Virus record (IMG/VR): IMGVR_UViG_3300021479_000010
Coordinates: 1 to 64,000 of that record
Origin: a virus
DNA: 64,000 nt
Reading direction: 5' to 3' (one strand)
Part shown: positions 30,457-41,037 of the stretch, piece after piece
How positions within the stretch are numbered: the first letter of the stretch is position 1
How the letters are laid out: each line of letters begins with the position of its first letter
Program-made: the position numbers and the translations under genes
Notes under the pieces: generated by a model
What the model was told of the DNA's origin: nothing
The model's database searches: none
The model's input: only the letters and a program-made list of their open reading frames with translations

Positions 30457-32418
30457 TTAATGCGCGGCGGACCAATTCGACCCCCGTTTGCTCTCTACAA
30501 TTACGGGGACCACAAGTCCTTTAGTTACAGTAGTTTCCATGATATGCTTAAGCTCTGCCAATGCTTCGCGCCCCGCATCTGTAGGAGCCACGGAACCGGC
30601 TAATTCGTCATGCACCGTGAGAGATACTTGTAGCGGTCCACTTTCGGACAACAATCCGCTTTCCCACGCCGCTACCATTGCTGCCTTTGTGATGTCCGCA
30701 GATGAACCTTGCGTATAGCGATTTAAAGCCCGGTGAAGTCCCGCACGTTTAATATCGCCATAGGCTTCCAGCGCTTGCTTGTAAGGAAGCGCTAAAGCCT
30801 TGTAACTTCCGATTGCGCTGGTTTTAGCTTCCCACAGATCGAAGCGCGAACGACGGCCAAGAATGGTACGAATAAATCCTTGTTGCTCGGCTCTCTTCAT
30901 CGCAACCTGCGAGACTTCCTTTACGAATGGAACGTTATCGTGATAGCGTTGAAGAGTATCGTAGGCTTGCTGGGTCGGCTCGCCTTCTTCGTTGACCATA
31001 CCCAATTCATTCGCCAGCTTCTTCGCTCCCATCGAGAACGCGAGGCCAAAGTTGATCGTCTTTGCGGGATCGCGGCCAAGCTTGGTCAGTTCCATGACCA
31101 TGTTGTGGAAATCGGTCTTGGGATCGGTCTGATAGCGCCGAAGTGCTTCTTTCGCGCCCCGCAATGAATGTCCGCGTTCATTCTTGGCAAGCGCAGCAGC
31201 ATTTACGATGAGACGGAACTCGATTTGGCTGTAATCATTCGCAAAGAATTCCTTGCCTTCATCTGGCAGGAACATAGAACGAAGCAGCGGGCCTAGTTCT
31301 GGATCGCGACGAGGAATCTGCTGGAGGTTTGGCGTTGTACAACTGAAGCGCCCTGTAACTGTTCCCTTTTCGCCTTCTTCTTCATCTGCGCGGCGCAGTG
31401 GATGAAACTGGGTATGGATGCGGCCCTTGATATTGTCTTCTAAAATGAACTTCGATACGAAGGGATTCCGTGCCTTTTCATACTTGCGAGCGGCCAAGAT
31501 TAGTTTGAATGCGGGGTGTTGCTGGCGCTTCATCCAATTATTTGTGAAAGACGGATTGCCTTTCGCGGTTGTCCGGAACTGGACATTTATCTTCTCACAC
31601 ATCTTTACGAGATCGGCGGACGCCGCGATATTAATCTCGAATCCCGCAATTCTATGAAGTTCCTGAAGCTTTTCATCTCGCCTATTGATAAGCGTCTGGT
31701 TGACTTCAGCGGCCTTCTCTACGTCTACACGGATGCCCCGCATCCTCATAGAATTAAGCATCGGCGTAAGACGGCATTCTAGATTATAAAGATCATGCAA
31801 ACCTTGCTTCTTAAGCTCTGCCTTTTGCTTTGTAAGGATGTCTGGTGGTAAATCAATGTCGGTCAAGGCATATTCCGAAGCATGGGCCGGATGTACTTCG
31901 GCGAAATGTTCCATTACATTGTCGCCATATAATTCTGTAAGGAAGCTGCTTTTCTTGCCCGTTCCCATCCATTTCTGGCCTAGCGCCTCTAGGCTGTAAC
32001 TGTAGGCCAACTCGTCCAGAAGTGCCTCTGCCCACTGAATATCTTGGAACTTCGCATGTGGGGCGACAATCCCATACTTCATCAGGAAGAAAGCGTCGAA
32101 CAAGTTGGAGTTCGCACCGATGAAATCGCCGTGGAAGTCTTTCAGCTCTGTCTTGAGCCAGCGAAGGACTTGTGTTTCGTCGCAGTTCATTCCTTGCTGA
32201 TGGCGAATCGGCCAATAATTGCGGGTTCCTTGATCCGTCTTTAGGACGACGCCAACGATGTAATCGCCGCGCAATACATCTAATCCCGAGGTCTCCAAAT
32301 CGAGGGATAACCAGCGGCACCCCGCAAATGAAGGGAATTCAACTGGCGGACGATATTCTACGGTTGTATAGGTAGGGATATGCCTGATAGGAAAATCTGG
32401 GAAGAGAAGTTCGGTCAT
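30457..32418 (-). CDS. polA: family A DNA polymerase (3'-5' exonuclease plus polymerase)
   Basis: SLDLET, TGRFSCTTPNLQQIP, DYSQIEFR (motif A), AKTINFGLAFSMG (B), QGSSAD, TVHDEL (C). Confidence 0.95.
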   Translation of the reverse strand: MTELLFPDFPIRHIPTYTTVEYRPPVEFPSFAGCRWLSLDLETSGLDVLRGDYIVGVVLKTDQGTRNYWPIRHQQGMNCDETQVLRWLKTELKDFHGDFIGANSNLFDAFFLMKYGIVAPHAKFQDIQWAEALLDELAYSYSLEALGQKWMGTGKKSSFLTELYGDNVMEHFAEVHPAHASEYALTDIDLPPDILTKQKAELKKQGLHDLYNLECRLTPMLNSMRMRGIRVDVEKAAEVNQTLINRRDEKLQELHRIAGFEINIAASADLVKMCEKINVQFRTTAKGNPSFTNNWMKRQQHPAFKLILAARKYEKARNPFVSKFILEDNIKGRIHTQFHPLRRADEEEGEKGTVTGRFSCTTPNLQQIPRRDPELGPLLRSMFLPDEGKEFFANDYSQIEFRLIVNAAALAKNERGHSLRGAKEALRRYQTDPKTDFHNMVMELTKLGRDPAKTINFGLAFSMGAKKLANELGMVNEEGEPTQQAYDTLQRYHDNVPFVKEVSQVAMKRAEQQGFIRTILGRRSRFDLWEAKTSAIGSYKALALPYKQALEAYGDIKRAGLHRALNRYTQGSSADITKAAMVAAWESGLLSESGPLQVSLTVHDELAGSVAPTDAGREALAELKHIMETTVTKGLVVPVIVESKRGSNWSAAH

Positions 32419-32438
32419 TCAAACCTATTTGTTCATCC

Positions 32439-32837
32439 CTAGTTAATAAGGTTCTGTCTCAAATGAGGACACTCACCGTAAAACTGCTTAGATTGATTGC
32501 AGTTATGGCACAATAAGCGGTATCGATCCTTTGGCCAACCATTCTTTTTCAGGAAGCGGTAAGTTCCGTGAGTTTTTCCGACCCGTTTCCGATGTTCGTG
32601 GCCATCATCAAAAATATGATCCAGACACAAAAACTCCTCTTCAGTAATATTGCACCCTCCCGGACATTGGCACTTGTGACCGTAAGCTATTAACATTTCT
32701 TCCCGCAGAGCATCTCGATATCTTTTATGGCTGTCTATGCATTTCTGACATCTGGCTTTTCTCTTAGAAACCGTCACACCGCCGCAGGCACACAACCCCT
32801 TGGCTCTGTTCTTCTGGGCCGTTGTTTGCTTCTTCAA
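32439..32837 (-). CDS. HNH endonuclease
   Basis: YGHKCQC..LCLDHIFDDG..YRLLCHNCN. Confidence 0.75.
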   Translation of the reverse strand: MKKQTTAQKNRAKGLCACGGVTVSKRKARCQKCIDSHKRYRDALREEMLIAYGHKCQCPGGCNITEEEFLCLDHIFDDGHEHRKRVGKTHGTYRFLKKNGWPKDRYRLLCHNCNQSKQFYGECPHLRQNLIN

Positions 32838-32880
32838 ACGTATTCATTCTTTCTCCTCCAAACTTTACAAATTGCCTGAG

Positions 32881-33126
32881 TTAAACTAGTTCTCCCAAAA
32901 CGCGCCGCGCATACCGTCTGCGAGAATCATCGCTATTCATGTCTGCCATCTGCCGCAAAAGTTTATCGCGGCTCTCTGGAGTAGCTTTTTCAACTAGCTC
33001 GCAATCCTCAAGATGCGCCATTCCTTCTGGCCAGCCGCACCAACTTAAGTATCGGCCTTCAACGAAGGCTGTGACCCATCTTTCGCCGCTCGGTCTATGG
33101 AAAACAACGTCTCCTGTCTGAATCAT
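32881..33126 (-). CDS. small hypothetical protein bounded by junction sites
   Basis: 81 aa ORF with 27-bp sites at both ends (32863, 33130). Confidence 0.65.
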   Translation of the reverse strand: MIQTGDVVFHRPSGERWVTAFVEGRYLSWCGWPEGMAHLEDCELVEKATPESRDKLLRQMADMNSDDSRRRYARRVLGELV

Positions 33127-33152
33127 AAACTTTATTAACTCCGCTGATTAAA

Positions 33153-33515
33153 CTAGATTTGCTCACTAACAGTTTCTGCTTTAGCGAGCATTTTCGCTTT
33201 ACCATCCAATAAACAAACACGAACCCAATCATCGTCCAATTTGCCGTCACTGACGGCCATGCGGATCGGTTGCAGGGGTTGTCCGAATGTGGACAATTCC
33301 AGATAAATGTCCGCGCCGCTGGCAATGGCCTGCCGGGCATTTTCATTCAAAGTCCAGCGGGAAATTACCCGCCGTTCTGGTCCTTCCGATACTAGCGAGC
33401 GAAGCGGTAAATACTCTGGTTGATCTGCGGCATAGACAACTTCTTCCGATTCCATGCCATCGACTACGGGACCATTCTTGATTGTTAGATAATTCCACAT
33501 TCGTATTACCCTCAT
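33153..33515 (-). CDS. small hypothetical protein bounded by junction sites
   Basis: 120 aa ORF with sites at 33130 and 33522. Confidence 0.65.
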   Translation of the reverse strand: MRVIRMWNYLTIKNGPVVDGMESEEVVYAADQPEYLPLRSLVSEGPERRVISRWTLNENARQAIASGADIYLELSTFGQPLQPIRMAVSDGKLDDDWVRVCLLDGKAKMLAKAETVSEQI

Positions 33516-33519
33516 TAAA

Positions 33520-33681
33520 TCATCTATTGTCTTTCTTGGTTAAACTAGTATCGTGCCATTTGTCCTGACATGGATCATACAGTGTCGGGCCGCCGTATTC
33601 GTGGCAGATATCATCCGCCACAAGCTTGCGAAGTTCTGGACGGTTGCTGTCGCAAGTCGGACATTTGTCTGGAATAGTCAT
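33520..33681 (-). CDS. 53 aa Cys-containing ORF between 36-bp direct repeats
   Basis: Manual translation MTIPDKCPTCDSNRPELRK..PCQDKWHDTSLTKKDNR; not in the ORF track. Confidence 0.55.
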   Translation of the reverse strand: MTIPDKCPTCDSNRPELRKLVADDICHEYGGPTLYDPCQDKWHDTSLTKKDNR

Positions 33682-33701
33682 TAAATCATCAATTGTCCTT
33701 C

Positions 33702-33980
33702 TTAGTTAACCAAGCTTTTCTTCTCATCTGGCGCGGCCAATTTAAGCACGTTTACAACCCCACCGATTGCTGGAACAATAGTTTGTAATTCCACCTTTAC
33801 TAAAATACATGCGGGGTTCTCGACACCCTTTGGTGATCCAGATACGGACAGCCCCTTAACGATAGAACCATCCTCAATTCGAGTTATTACACCCACAACA
33901 AAATCAGACTTAATATTTACAACGGAACCGATTTCAAGTATATTTCCTAATAAGTCTACTATTTTCATCGTTGATTCCAT
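33702..33980 (-). CDS. hypothetical protein
   Basis: 92 aa ORF ending in the junction site at 33688. Confidence 0.55.
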   Translation of the reverse strand: MESTMKIVDLLGNILEIGSVVNIKSDFVVGVITRIEDGSIVKGLSVSGSPKGVENPACILVKVELQTIVPAIGGVVNVLKLAAPDEKKSLVN

Positions 33981-34480
33981 TGCCTTCCTTTTGCAGCCAT
34001 GTCTTTCATATTATCTTGATGAGTTCCAAGAAATAAATGATCTATATTTACACATGCTCGATTATCGCATTTATGGAGAACATACCAACTTTCTGGCCAT
34101 TTTCCATTGTGCAAGAACCATGAAACTCGCGGAGCTGAGATTATTTTTCTATCTCGATGAAAACTACCATACCCACTGCTATTGATTGCGCCTGTCCATG
34201 TCCAGCAAGGACCGATCTCCGCACAATGAGATGGGATTGGTCCATTTTTATCTACCTTTTCCCAAAATGCCTGCTCAATAGATTTCTTAGGTTCTAGCCT
34301 TAAACATCCGCAAGATTTGCTATTCTTCATCAAAGATTCGTGTGAAACTTCTTTTTCTACTCCGCAGTCGCAAATGCACCAATAGAACTTGCTTTTCCTT
34401 GGTGAAGGCCGCCTAGTTATTCGTATTACCAACCATCGACCGATTCTTCGTCCTGATAAATCTTTGAATATATTTGGCAT
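33965..34480 (-). CDS. HNH homing endonuclease
   Basis: DLSGRRIGRWLVI..WCICDCG..SCGC; CWTWTG..VLHKCDNRACVNIDHLFLGTHQDNMKD. Confidence 0.9.
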   Translation of the reverse strand: MPNIFKDLSGRRIGRWLVIRITRRPSPRKSKFYWCICDCGVEKEVSHESLMKNSKSCGCLRLEPKKSIEQAFWEKVDKNGPIPSHCAEIGPCWTWTGAINSSGYGSFHRDRKIISAPRVSWFLHNGKWPESWYVLHKCDNRACVNIDHLFLGTHQDNMKDMAAKGRQWNQR

Positions 34481-34510
34481 ATGCGTATTTCATTGAGTTC
34501 TATAATCTAA

Positions 34511-35272
34511 CTAGATTTTGCCCGACGGACTCGGAAAAGCTTGGCCATAATAATATGCGGCCATCGTCGCCTTTGTAGCCGTTATATTTCCTGACAAAGC
34601 CAACTGCGGCTTTGGAGTCGGCTTTACCGTAATTGCGGGGACTTGATAGATGTGTGCAAGCTTCGCCGCAACCCCGCCATTATTAACAAGCGACTTCGGA
34701 TAAGCATATTGTGCGCGGTAGCCATGTTCGTGCTCAATTACGCGGCCCCACAAATAGACTTCCCCGTAAACACGAAGATCATCGGTAGGAGCGTTCTCGC
34801 CATGCTCCGTGTCTGCTTGTGACTTATAGGCGTAGATACCGCATACGCAATGAACACCTTTACAAATAGCGCCCTGCCCCGCAGGATCAGCAATAGACGG
34901 TCCTTTCGGAATCTTGCATTCCGCGCATAGTTTCTCAAGCGGTTTCCATTCTGTACGATTGTTGGACAGCAATTTGTCTGCAAATACCGGGACGCTCCAT
35001 CGTCGCCAGCCAATAATAGGACTGACTAGTGTTTCTTGCGGCTTCGGCAATTTGCGGGGCGTCGGTTCGGCGAGTCCCGTAGACCAGGGATACGCATTCG
35101 TGGTCAGACCCGTAATACTTTGGATGTTACATACATGAGTATTGGGCGTGGTATAGCTCGTCCCGCATAGTACACACATGTATGTAGTTGACGGCATGGC
35201 CATATTAGTCGCCTCCGGCGGGGACAGGTTCTTCGATTCGCTTCGGAGTTTCTGTAGGAATTTCTTCCACAT
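34511..35272 (-). CDS. hypothetical phage protein
   Basis: PIIGWRRW..CVCGIYAY..VYGEVYLWGRVIEHEHGYRAQYAYP, a pattern recurrent in phage proteins. Confidence 0.6.
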   Translation of the reverse strand: MWKKFLQKLRSESKNLSPPEATNMAMPSTTYMCVLCGTSYTTPNTHVCNIQSITGLTTNAYPWSTGLAEPTPRKLPKPQETLVSPIIGWRRWSVPVFADKLLSNNRTEWKPLEKLCAECKIPKGPSIADPAGQGAICKGVHCVCGIYAYKSQADTEHGENAPTDDLRVYGEVYLWGRVIEHEHGYRAQYAYPKSLVNNGGVAAKLAHIYQVPAITVKPTPKPQLALSGNITATKATMAAYYYGQAFPSPSGKI

Positions 35273-35524
35273 CTGGAATGCTCCTTCCGGGCAGTGGTTC
35301 GTACAACGGCTCAACTGTAAATAATCCTCAACGGGTCGCCAATTTGTGCCATAAGGTCTTTAGAATCTACGGGGTCCGTGGTTGCGAACCCCGCAATTCG
35401 GGAGAGACTCCTTTCCATAGATTATACTACAAGTTCAAAATCTTCGCAATTCTTAAAACGAGCCTCGCAATTTGATAGAACATATTTATTGCCCAAGCCA
35501 GCGCGACGGCCATCGCGTTTCTCC

Positions 35525-37138
35525 TTAATTTATATTAGCTCCGCTATTCGAAATGTAATTATTCATCGGCCATTTATCATTTCCAGCCTTAGTTCCATTG
35601 CTCAAAATGATATTTCCCGCAAACGAAGAATTGCCTGTCCAACAGCCGGGCACGAGCGTGGAATAATTCGCTTCAACTGTTGTTGCACAGTTGTTAACTC
35701 CGCCGCCTGTACTCCAAACAGGATATGTCCCCGCAGAAACGATATTGTTCGTAAAATTGATGTCCGATGTTTGCGCAACACCGAGAGCGTTATTCGCCGG
35801 GGGTCCACCGATCAGAAGGAACCCGTGTCCGGTTGATCCCGCTTGCGGAGCCCATTGCGACAAGAACAACGAATTGTGATCGAATGAGACATCGTGCATA
35901 ACAACCGGCGTGGATACGGGGTCGTACAGAGACGAAATCTGCATTAGGAAATTACCGGGAGTATTTTCACCTGTAAACTGTAAATCCGCGAATACATTGT
36001 CATGAATCGAATAACCGTAACAAGCAGCAGGCCACGCGCCGTTATCACTTTTCCCGCACGCAACTTGCATTGCGTTTGAAGTATGCGAGATTCGGTTAAA
36101 TCGGACAGTTACATCGGTAACCGCGCAGATCGGACAAGTACCAGGATTTTTGGCTGTAAGTAGTATTGCAAATCCGTTTTGAGTGTAGCCTGCCCACGCG
36201 CCGCGCATTATGTTGTTCGCAACCAAACAGCGGACACAGTTCTTCATCTCCACTATATTCTTTACAATCCATGCACACTTTCCACCGGGACATTTGCTAT
36301 TAACAGATGCGGGGACAAATGATGGGTCGCCGGGGTTCCACGAATCTGGCTTATTGAAGGTATTGTTCGTAATCGTAACATCGGTCGGATTGAATGTCGC
36401 AGTTCCACCACCTGCAAGGATGTTCTCGCCAGATGCCTCGATAAAGTTGTTGTCGATGAGAATGTTGTGATCCTGAACGATTGTACTTAGCCCGAAGTTA
36501 ATACCTTGAGCATCCCCGCAAGTTCCTACAATTGCGAGACAATGAAACCCCGCAAGATAGCTATTGATAATACCTATGTTATAAGCATTACTTAGCTCAA
36601 AACCCCGCACAGTTTCATCTTGACCATTCCCATGAATATAGCTTCGGTCAAATATGAGATCGTGAGCGCCCGAGCCGGGCGTTACGAGATTGTAAACCAC
36701 CCCCGACCCCGTAGTTCTAAGAATCTCAAATCCTACAATGCGGACGAATGCTCCGCCATGAATCCCCGCACCCGAGGAGTTAATAACAATCTTTGGCAGG
36801 GAGTATTGCAGGGGATTCAGCCGCGTACCCTCAACGGGCAATACGCCAGATGACCAAATTGTAATCCAATGCTGGGCGTCGCAGTTCAATGTCGTGGGAA
36901 GCTGTAGAGTTCCTGTCCAAACATTTGCGGGGTCCACTAGGAATGTATCGCCGCACACTGCACCATTCAGTGCTGCTTGCAGGTTATCGGTCGGTCCTAC
37001 GATCTTAGGAGCATTTGGAGACGGTGTGTTGGCAACCGATGTCGCCATAGTTGTTCGAGGAAGTTCGGCGGGGCCATCGTATGTCGATTGTCCATATGCG
37101 GACAAAGCCGCGCAAATTAAGAATAAGGGAAGCTTCAT
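35525..37138 (-). CDS. exported right-handed beta-helix protein
   Basis: Signal peptide, YDGPAELPR, NLQAALNGA.CGDT, N/I/G-rich beta-helix repeats. Confidence 0.7.
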   Translation of the reverse strand: MKLPLFLICAALSAYGQSTYDGPAELPRTTMATSVANTPSPNAPKIVGPTDNLQAALNGAVCGDTFLVDPANVWTGTLQLPTTLNCDAQHWITIWSSGVLPVEGTRLNPLQYSLPKIVINSSGAGIHGGAFVRIVGFEILRTTGSGVVYNLVTPGSGAHDLIFDRSYIHGNGQDETVRGFELSNAYNIGIINSYLAGFHCLAIVGTCGDAQGINFGLSTIVQDHNILIDNNFIEASGENILAGGGTATFNPTDVTITNNTFNKPDSWNPGDPSFVPASVNSKCPGGKCAWIVKNIVEMKNCVRCLVANNIMRGAWAGYTQNGFAILLTAKNPGTCPICAVTDVTVRFNRISHTSNAMQVACGKSDNGAWPAACYGYSIHDNVFADLQFTGENTPGNFLMQISSLYDPVSTPVVMHDVSFDHNSLFLSQWAPQAGSTGHGFLLIGGPPANNALGVAQTSDINFTNNIVSAGTYPVWSTGGGVNNCATTVEANYSTLVPGCWTGNSSFAGNIILSNGTKAGNDKWPMNNYISNSGANIN

Positions 37139-37418
37139 TTCTTGTCCTCAATGTCGCCCAGATTTTTAGACGAAGTAGCGGCAACGTCGAGTTGAACTAA
37201 ATTTGGCCTAGTAAGACTCAGCTCCATAGCTGTAGTTTCTGGTTTGATAGACGTGCAACCGATTAAAAAGCTAATGTTCGCATCTGGGCAAGTCATCTGT
37301 CCGTCTTTCGCCGAGCACTTGCCGAAGCTGTGAATTACCATGCGGGACATACAAGGTAACGGGATGTATTGAGTAGGTTTCTTTTCCGTCGCCCCGCAAA
37401 TTGTTGAAAGCAAAAGAA

Positions 37419-37706
37419 TTAAGCTGCAAGTTCGCATTTGTTCTCCATCGGTGCCCCGCACATTATACAATAACTCGGTCCATTGTCGCAAGAAAATACC
37501 CTTCGGCCAATCTGATCGCGGAGTAACCATACAATCCGCACACGCACGCAATAGCGGTTAGGGTCTATGCCCAACTTCAAGCTGATACGATGTAGATGCT
37601 GTTTCACTGTGTTCTGGCAGATACCGAAGCGCTCGGCCAATTCTCTATTGCCGAGGCCCTCCATTAATGCAAGTATAACTTTATTTTCCTGTCGCGTAAA
37701 GTTCAT
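37419..37706 (-). CDS. LuxR-type HTH regulator
   Basis: FTRQENKVILALMEGLGNRELAERFGICQNTVKQHLHRISLKLGI. Confidence 0.8.
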   Translation of the reverse strand: MNFTRQENKVILALMEGLGNRELAERFGICQNTVKQHLHRISLKLGIDPNRYCVRVRIVWLLRDQIGRRVFSCDNGPSYCIMCGAPMENKCELAA

Positions 37707-38588
37707 TGTCGCCTTCAGTATTCTAGCCAAAGTTCCACAGATTCGTGTTTCTCAATGGCCTCCAATAATTCCAGAGCGCCTTCAATGTTGGCATCAGCCA
37801 ATCCTTGTAAATATGGTACTTGGTTTCGCCCGAAAGTTTGCCGATGTTCAAGGCCATATCTGTCACGCAGTACGAACTTGAGAGCATCCGGCAGTGATTC
37901 AGCCGGGCGTTTGGCGGGCTCCCACATCAAATTTGCGCTCATAGCTCCTCCATTTGTCCAGATACGGACAGCTCCCGCCCCGCAATATCGTATCTGCGTA
38001 TCCGTATAACCCTTCGGTCAAGTTCCTGCTTTACAGCTTCGGTATGCTGGTGATTCAGCCACGCAAATAAAAGTAACTCTTGTAATTCCATACCAGGGCG
38101 CAATTTGATGATTAGCATATGCGCGGCCCTCCAAGCCGCCCCGTATAATCTGGTTTAACTAATTGAATCTAACAAGTTTTGAACGCTCTCCAAGTCGTCG
38201 CGCCAGTCGGGTGCTTGTTCTTCTCAGAAACACCAAGGATCACAGTCTTCGGCATATTTTGCCCAACCCCGCATAGTTTTGACTGCATCGACAAGCTTTG
38301 TGATTTGTTCGTCTTTCGTCATTGTCGCCCCGCATCTTAGAAAACTGTTCGGTCAAGTATACCAAATGTCGCCCAAACTTCTGTGATTGTCAAGCTTAAA
38401 TTAGTCCTCTCGCTTCGCTTTTCGTACAGCTTCTTCGGCAGCCTGCCATAGGGGACCGCTGTACTTCAATTCACAATAGTGATTAAGGAGATTCTCTAGT
38501 GCCCTGAGCAAGTCAGGAGCCGCATCTCGGATGTGATCCTCTTGTCGTTCGGCTTTGTATACCATTAAACGCCTCCAAACTTTATTGT

Positions 38589-39041
38589 CTAGATAACTCT
38601 ATCAGGTTCTCCGAGTAGCGTTCTTTCCTCTAGCAGTTCGGCTAATCGTCGCTCAGAGAATTTAATATGTGATCGCAAATCTTCAATTTTCCAATCTAAT
38701 TGTCGCAAGTGTCTCTGTTTATTAGGCTTAGCGTCCTTTCGTACCCACCATTGTTCGCTGATTCCACCGATAGGGACGTGAATTACATCGCAGTCGTCGT
38801 ATCGGTCGCATTCGTCTCGGTCAGTTTTGCGGAAATCATCCAAGCAACCAAGGAATTCCGCTTCGGCTAGTTTTTCCAAAGATACGCCATCCATCGAAGG
38901 ATCACGCCAATAGGTATCAGTTCCGAATAAGCCATATCCTCTGTCTTGGATGATGGCTAATCCGTGCCGACACCACGCGCCGGATGAGTATCGGAAAATC
39001 ATGTTCGGTCTAATGTCGCTGAGGTTCATGTCGCCCCGCAA
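38589..39041 (-). CDS. hypothetical protein
   Basis: 150 aa ORF ending at the junction site 38580. Confidence 0.55.
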   Translation of the reverse strand: MRGDMNLSDIRPNMIFRYSSGAWCRHGLAIIQDRGYGLFGTDTYWRDPSMDGVSLEKLAEAEFLGCLDDFRKTDRDECDRYDDCDVIHVPIGGISEQWWVRKDAKPNKQRHLRQLDWKIEDLRSHIKFSERRLAELLEERTLLGEPDRVI

Positions 39042-39234
39042 TTGTAAATATGGTTCGGTCAGTTATGAGGTTTGCGGGGCGCGGTCAGCCCATACGCATG
39101 TGTACAAAGCTGGCAAGTGTGCCATTGCTCCTCCGGCTTGCCTTGCTTGTCAGTGTATCGGCTTGCGCCACAATCGCAAATCTCAATATTGCGCGAGTCG
39201 CCTATGCTTGTGTGGTGCGGCTTATGTTTGTGCA

Positions 39235-39726
39235 TTAGGCTATCTCGCTTTCTTTCATTAGTTTAGCATAATCGAAAGACTTTACGGCCTCGCGCCATTT
39301 GTTGCTAAGTTCCTTACGGGCAATCCAACCGATTACTTCGGCCATTGCAGCGGTCTGCCGCGCAACCAAGAAAAGACTTGCCTTGGGCATCTCAGGAAGG
39401 CTAGCACCGAATGTCGCCTGGGACATTAGAATGAGTTTGGCAGCTTGGCCGACTGAGAATGATGCGCGGCGTTCGCCTCTGTGTTGCCTTTCGTTGGCCG
39501 TCTCCTGCCCTAATAGCTTGGCTAAATCATCGTGCCAGCTAACATCCTGCGCGAAGTCGCGCAAGCACACGCCGTCATCGTTCGGCCCCGCAGCTTTATA
39601 TGCGCGGTCAATCGCTTCGCGGAAGTCACACCAGAGAGTATCAATTTGCTGTTTCGTTTTGGTCATTGTCGCCTCGTTTTTAACGTCCTGTCCGGACGAA
39701 TTGTAAACCTGTTTGATCATGCCCAT
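39235..39726 (-). CDS. hypothetical protein
   Basis: 163 aa ORF in the leftward small-gene run. Confidence 0.5.
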   Translation of the reverse strand: MGMIKQVYNSSGQDVKNEATMTKTKQQIDTLWCDFREAIDRAYKAAGPNDDGVCLRDFAQDVSWHDDLAKLLGQETANERQHRGERRASFSVGQAAKLILMSQATFGASLPEMPKASLFLVARQTAAMAEVIGWIARKELSNKWREAVKSFDYAKLMKESEIA

Positions 39727-40040
39727 TAATTAAGTTTCGGTTCGCTGTATGGTTCGATGTTAATGATATTGTACCACGCAAAGGTGATTAGGTCGCCCCA
39801 CTCCATAGGCAGAAACAGCGGAGTATTGCGAAGGAATCCCGTATATTTGCCCTTACTGGCCGCGGTAACTTGGACCCACATACGCTCCCCGCCTTCGAAT
39901 CCTTCCGCCTCAAATACAAGCTTGACCGATTGACCGGGCAAAATGTGCTTGCGGTCGTAATCGTTTGGCAGTTCGAAAGTAACAGCAGGAGCTATGGCGT
40001 AATCTACGATTGTAATGTCGCTAGTCATTCTTGCCTCCAA
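39726..40040 (-). CDS. hypothetical protein (DUF2314-like ERMWV motif)
   Basis: PGQSVKLVFE..GERMWVQV..YTGFLRNTP..GDLITF. Confidence 0.5.
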   Translation of the reverse strand: MEARMTSDITIVDYAIAPAVTFELPNDYDRKHILPGQSVKLVFEAEGFEGGERMWVQVTAASKGKYTGFLRNTPLFLPMEWGDLITFAWYNIINIEPYSEPKLN

Positions 40041-40416
40041 TGTCGCTAGAACTGTTCGGTTTTGTCCGCTTCTGGATAACTGCGGAGCCGCGCATTGTCC
40101 ACAATCCGAATCGTAGTCTCTAGCAATCTCTCTGGCTCCTCGTCATATTGCGCGGCTAGTCTATCACGTAATGCTTTCGTCGGCCATCCGTCCGCGTCGA
40201 TTAGGTTAACCATTATCGGCCTCGATTCTAACCCGCGCAAGCTTCGCACGGAACGATGCATTCGGGCAGTTCTCGCGGTAGCATTTTAGCTGTGCTTTCA
40301 TGTCGCGCCAGTTATCTTCTGAGACTTCATGCTCCCAGCCATAGCCGTAATTAGACCACATCTGCCATTCGTCGCGTGTCTTTCGAGTGTACGTCATGTT
40401 TTCCTCCAATGCAGAT

Positions 40417-41037
40417 AGTATTGCATAACTGCGGGGCGCGTGTCAAGGCTTTTATTAGCCTTGATTTTCAAGCACTTGCAAGGCTTCCCGCTCAATGTCG
40501 CTATCAAACTTAGCTAATTCCTCATCATCTGATAGCTGTCCAGATGCGGACGCCGCAGGAGCCGCGCAGTTCAAATGGAACAGCGGCGTTCCTTGCCAGT
40601 CCATACTTACTAGGTCGCCATCGTTCATAGGTGCCCCGCAGTTCGGGCAAATGTCGCGGGAATACATGCGGTTTGCCCAGTTCAAATTACGGCGTGTTTC
40701 CCAAGTTTTCATTACAGTCTCCCTTCGTGGAACTGTGCAATAATCTCTTTCATGCGTGCTTCGGTGAGCCGCGCATCCGTCAAGAGAATCACGTATTCGA
40801 CTAGAGTAAAGTACATGTCAGTATCCTCGCATATTCAGATTTGATTGTCAAGCATTATTTATGGTTGCAATCGAGTGGCCGCGCAATTATCATAGAGATG
40901 CGGGGAAAGCTTGACAATGGCGGTCATTCGGAGGCATAATCCGTGTTCAGATGCGGACAAAATCTGTCGATCCGCGCAAGTTGTTGAAAACAGGGCAAAA
41001 GAAAATGCTTGACAAATTTCCCCGCATTCAGTAAGAT
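40417..41037. promoter_or_regulatory. divergent promoter region
   Basis: TTGACA boxes at 40446(-), 40851(-), 40911(+, CATAAT) and 41009(+, TAAGAT, 17 bp spacer); gene orientation switches here. Confidence 0.65.

Noticed and set aside
30457-32418. Introns or inteins in polA, recA, helicase or terL, given the many homing endonucleases
   Set aside because: All are continuous and of normal length; the endonucleases are free-standing.
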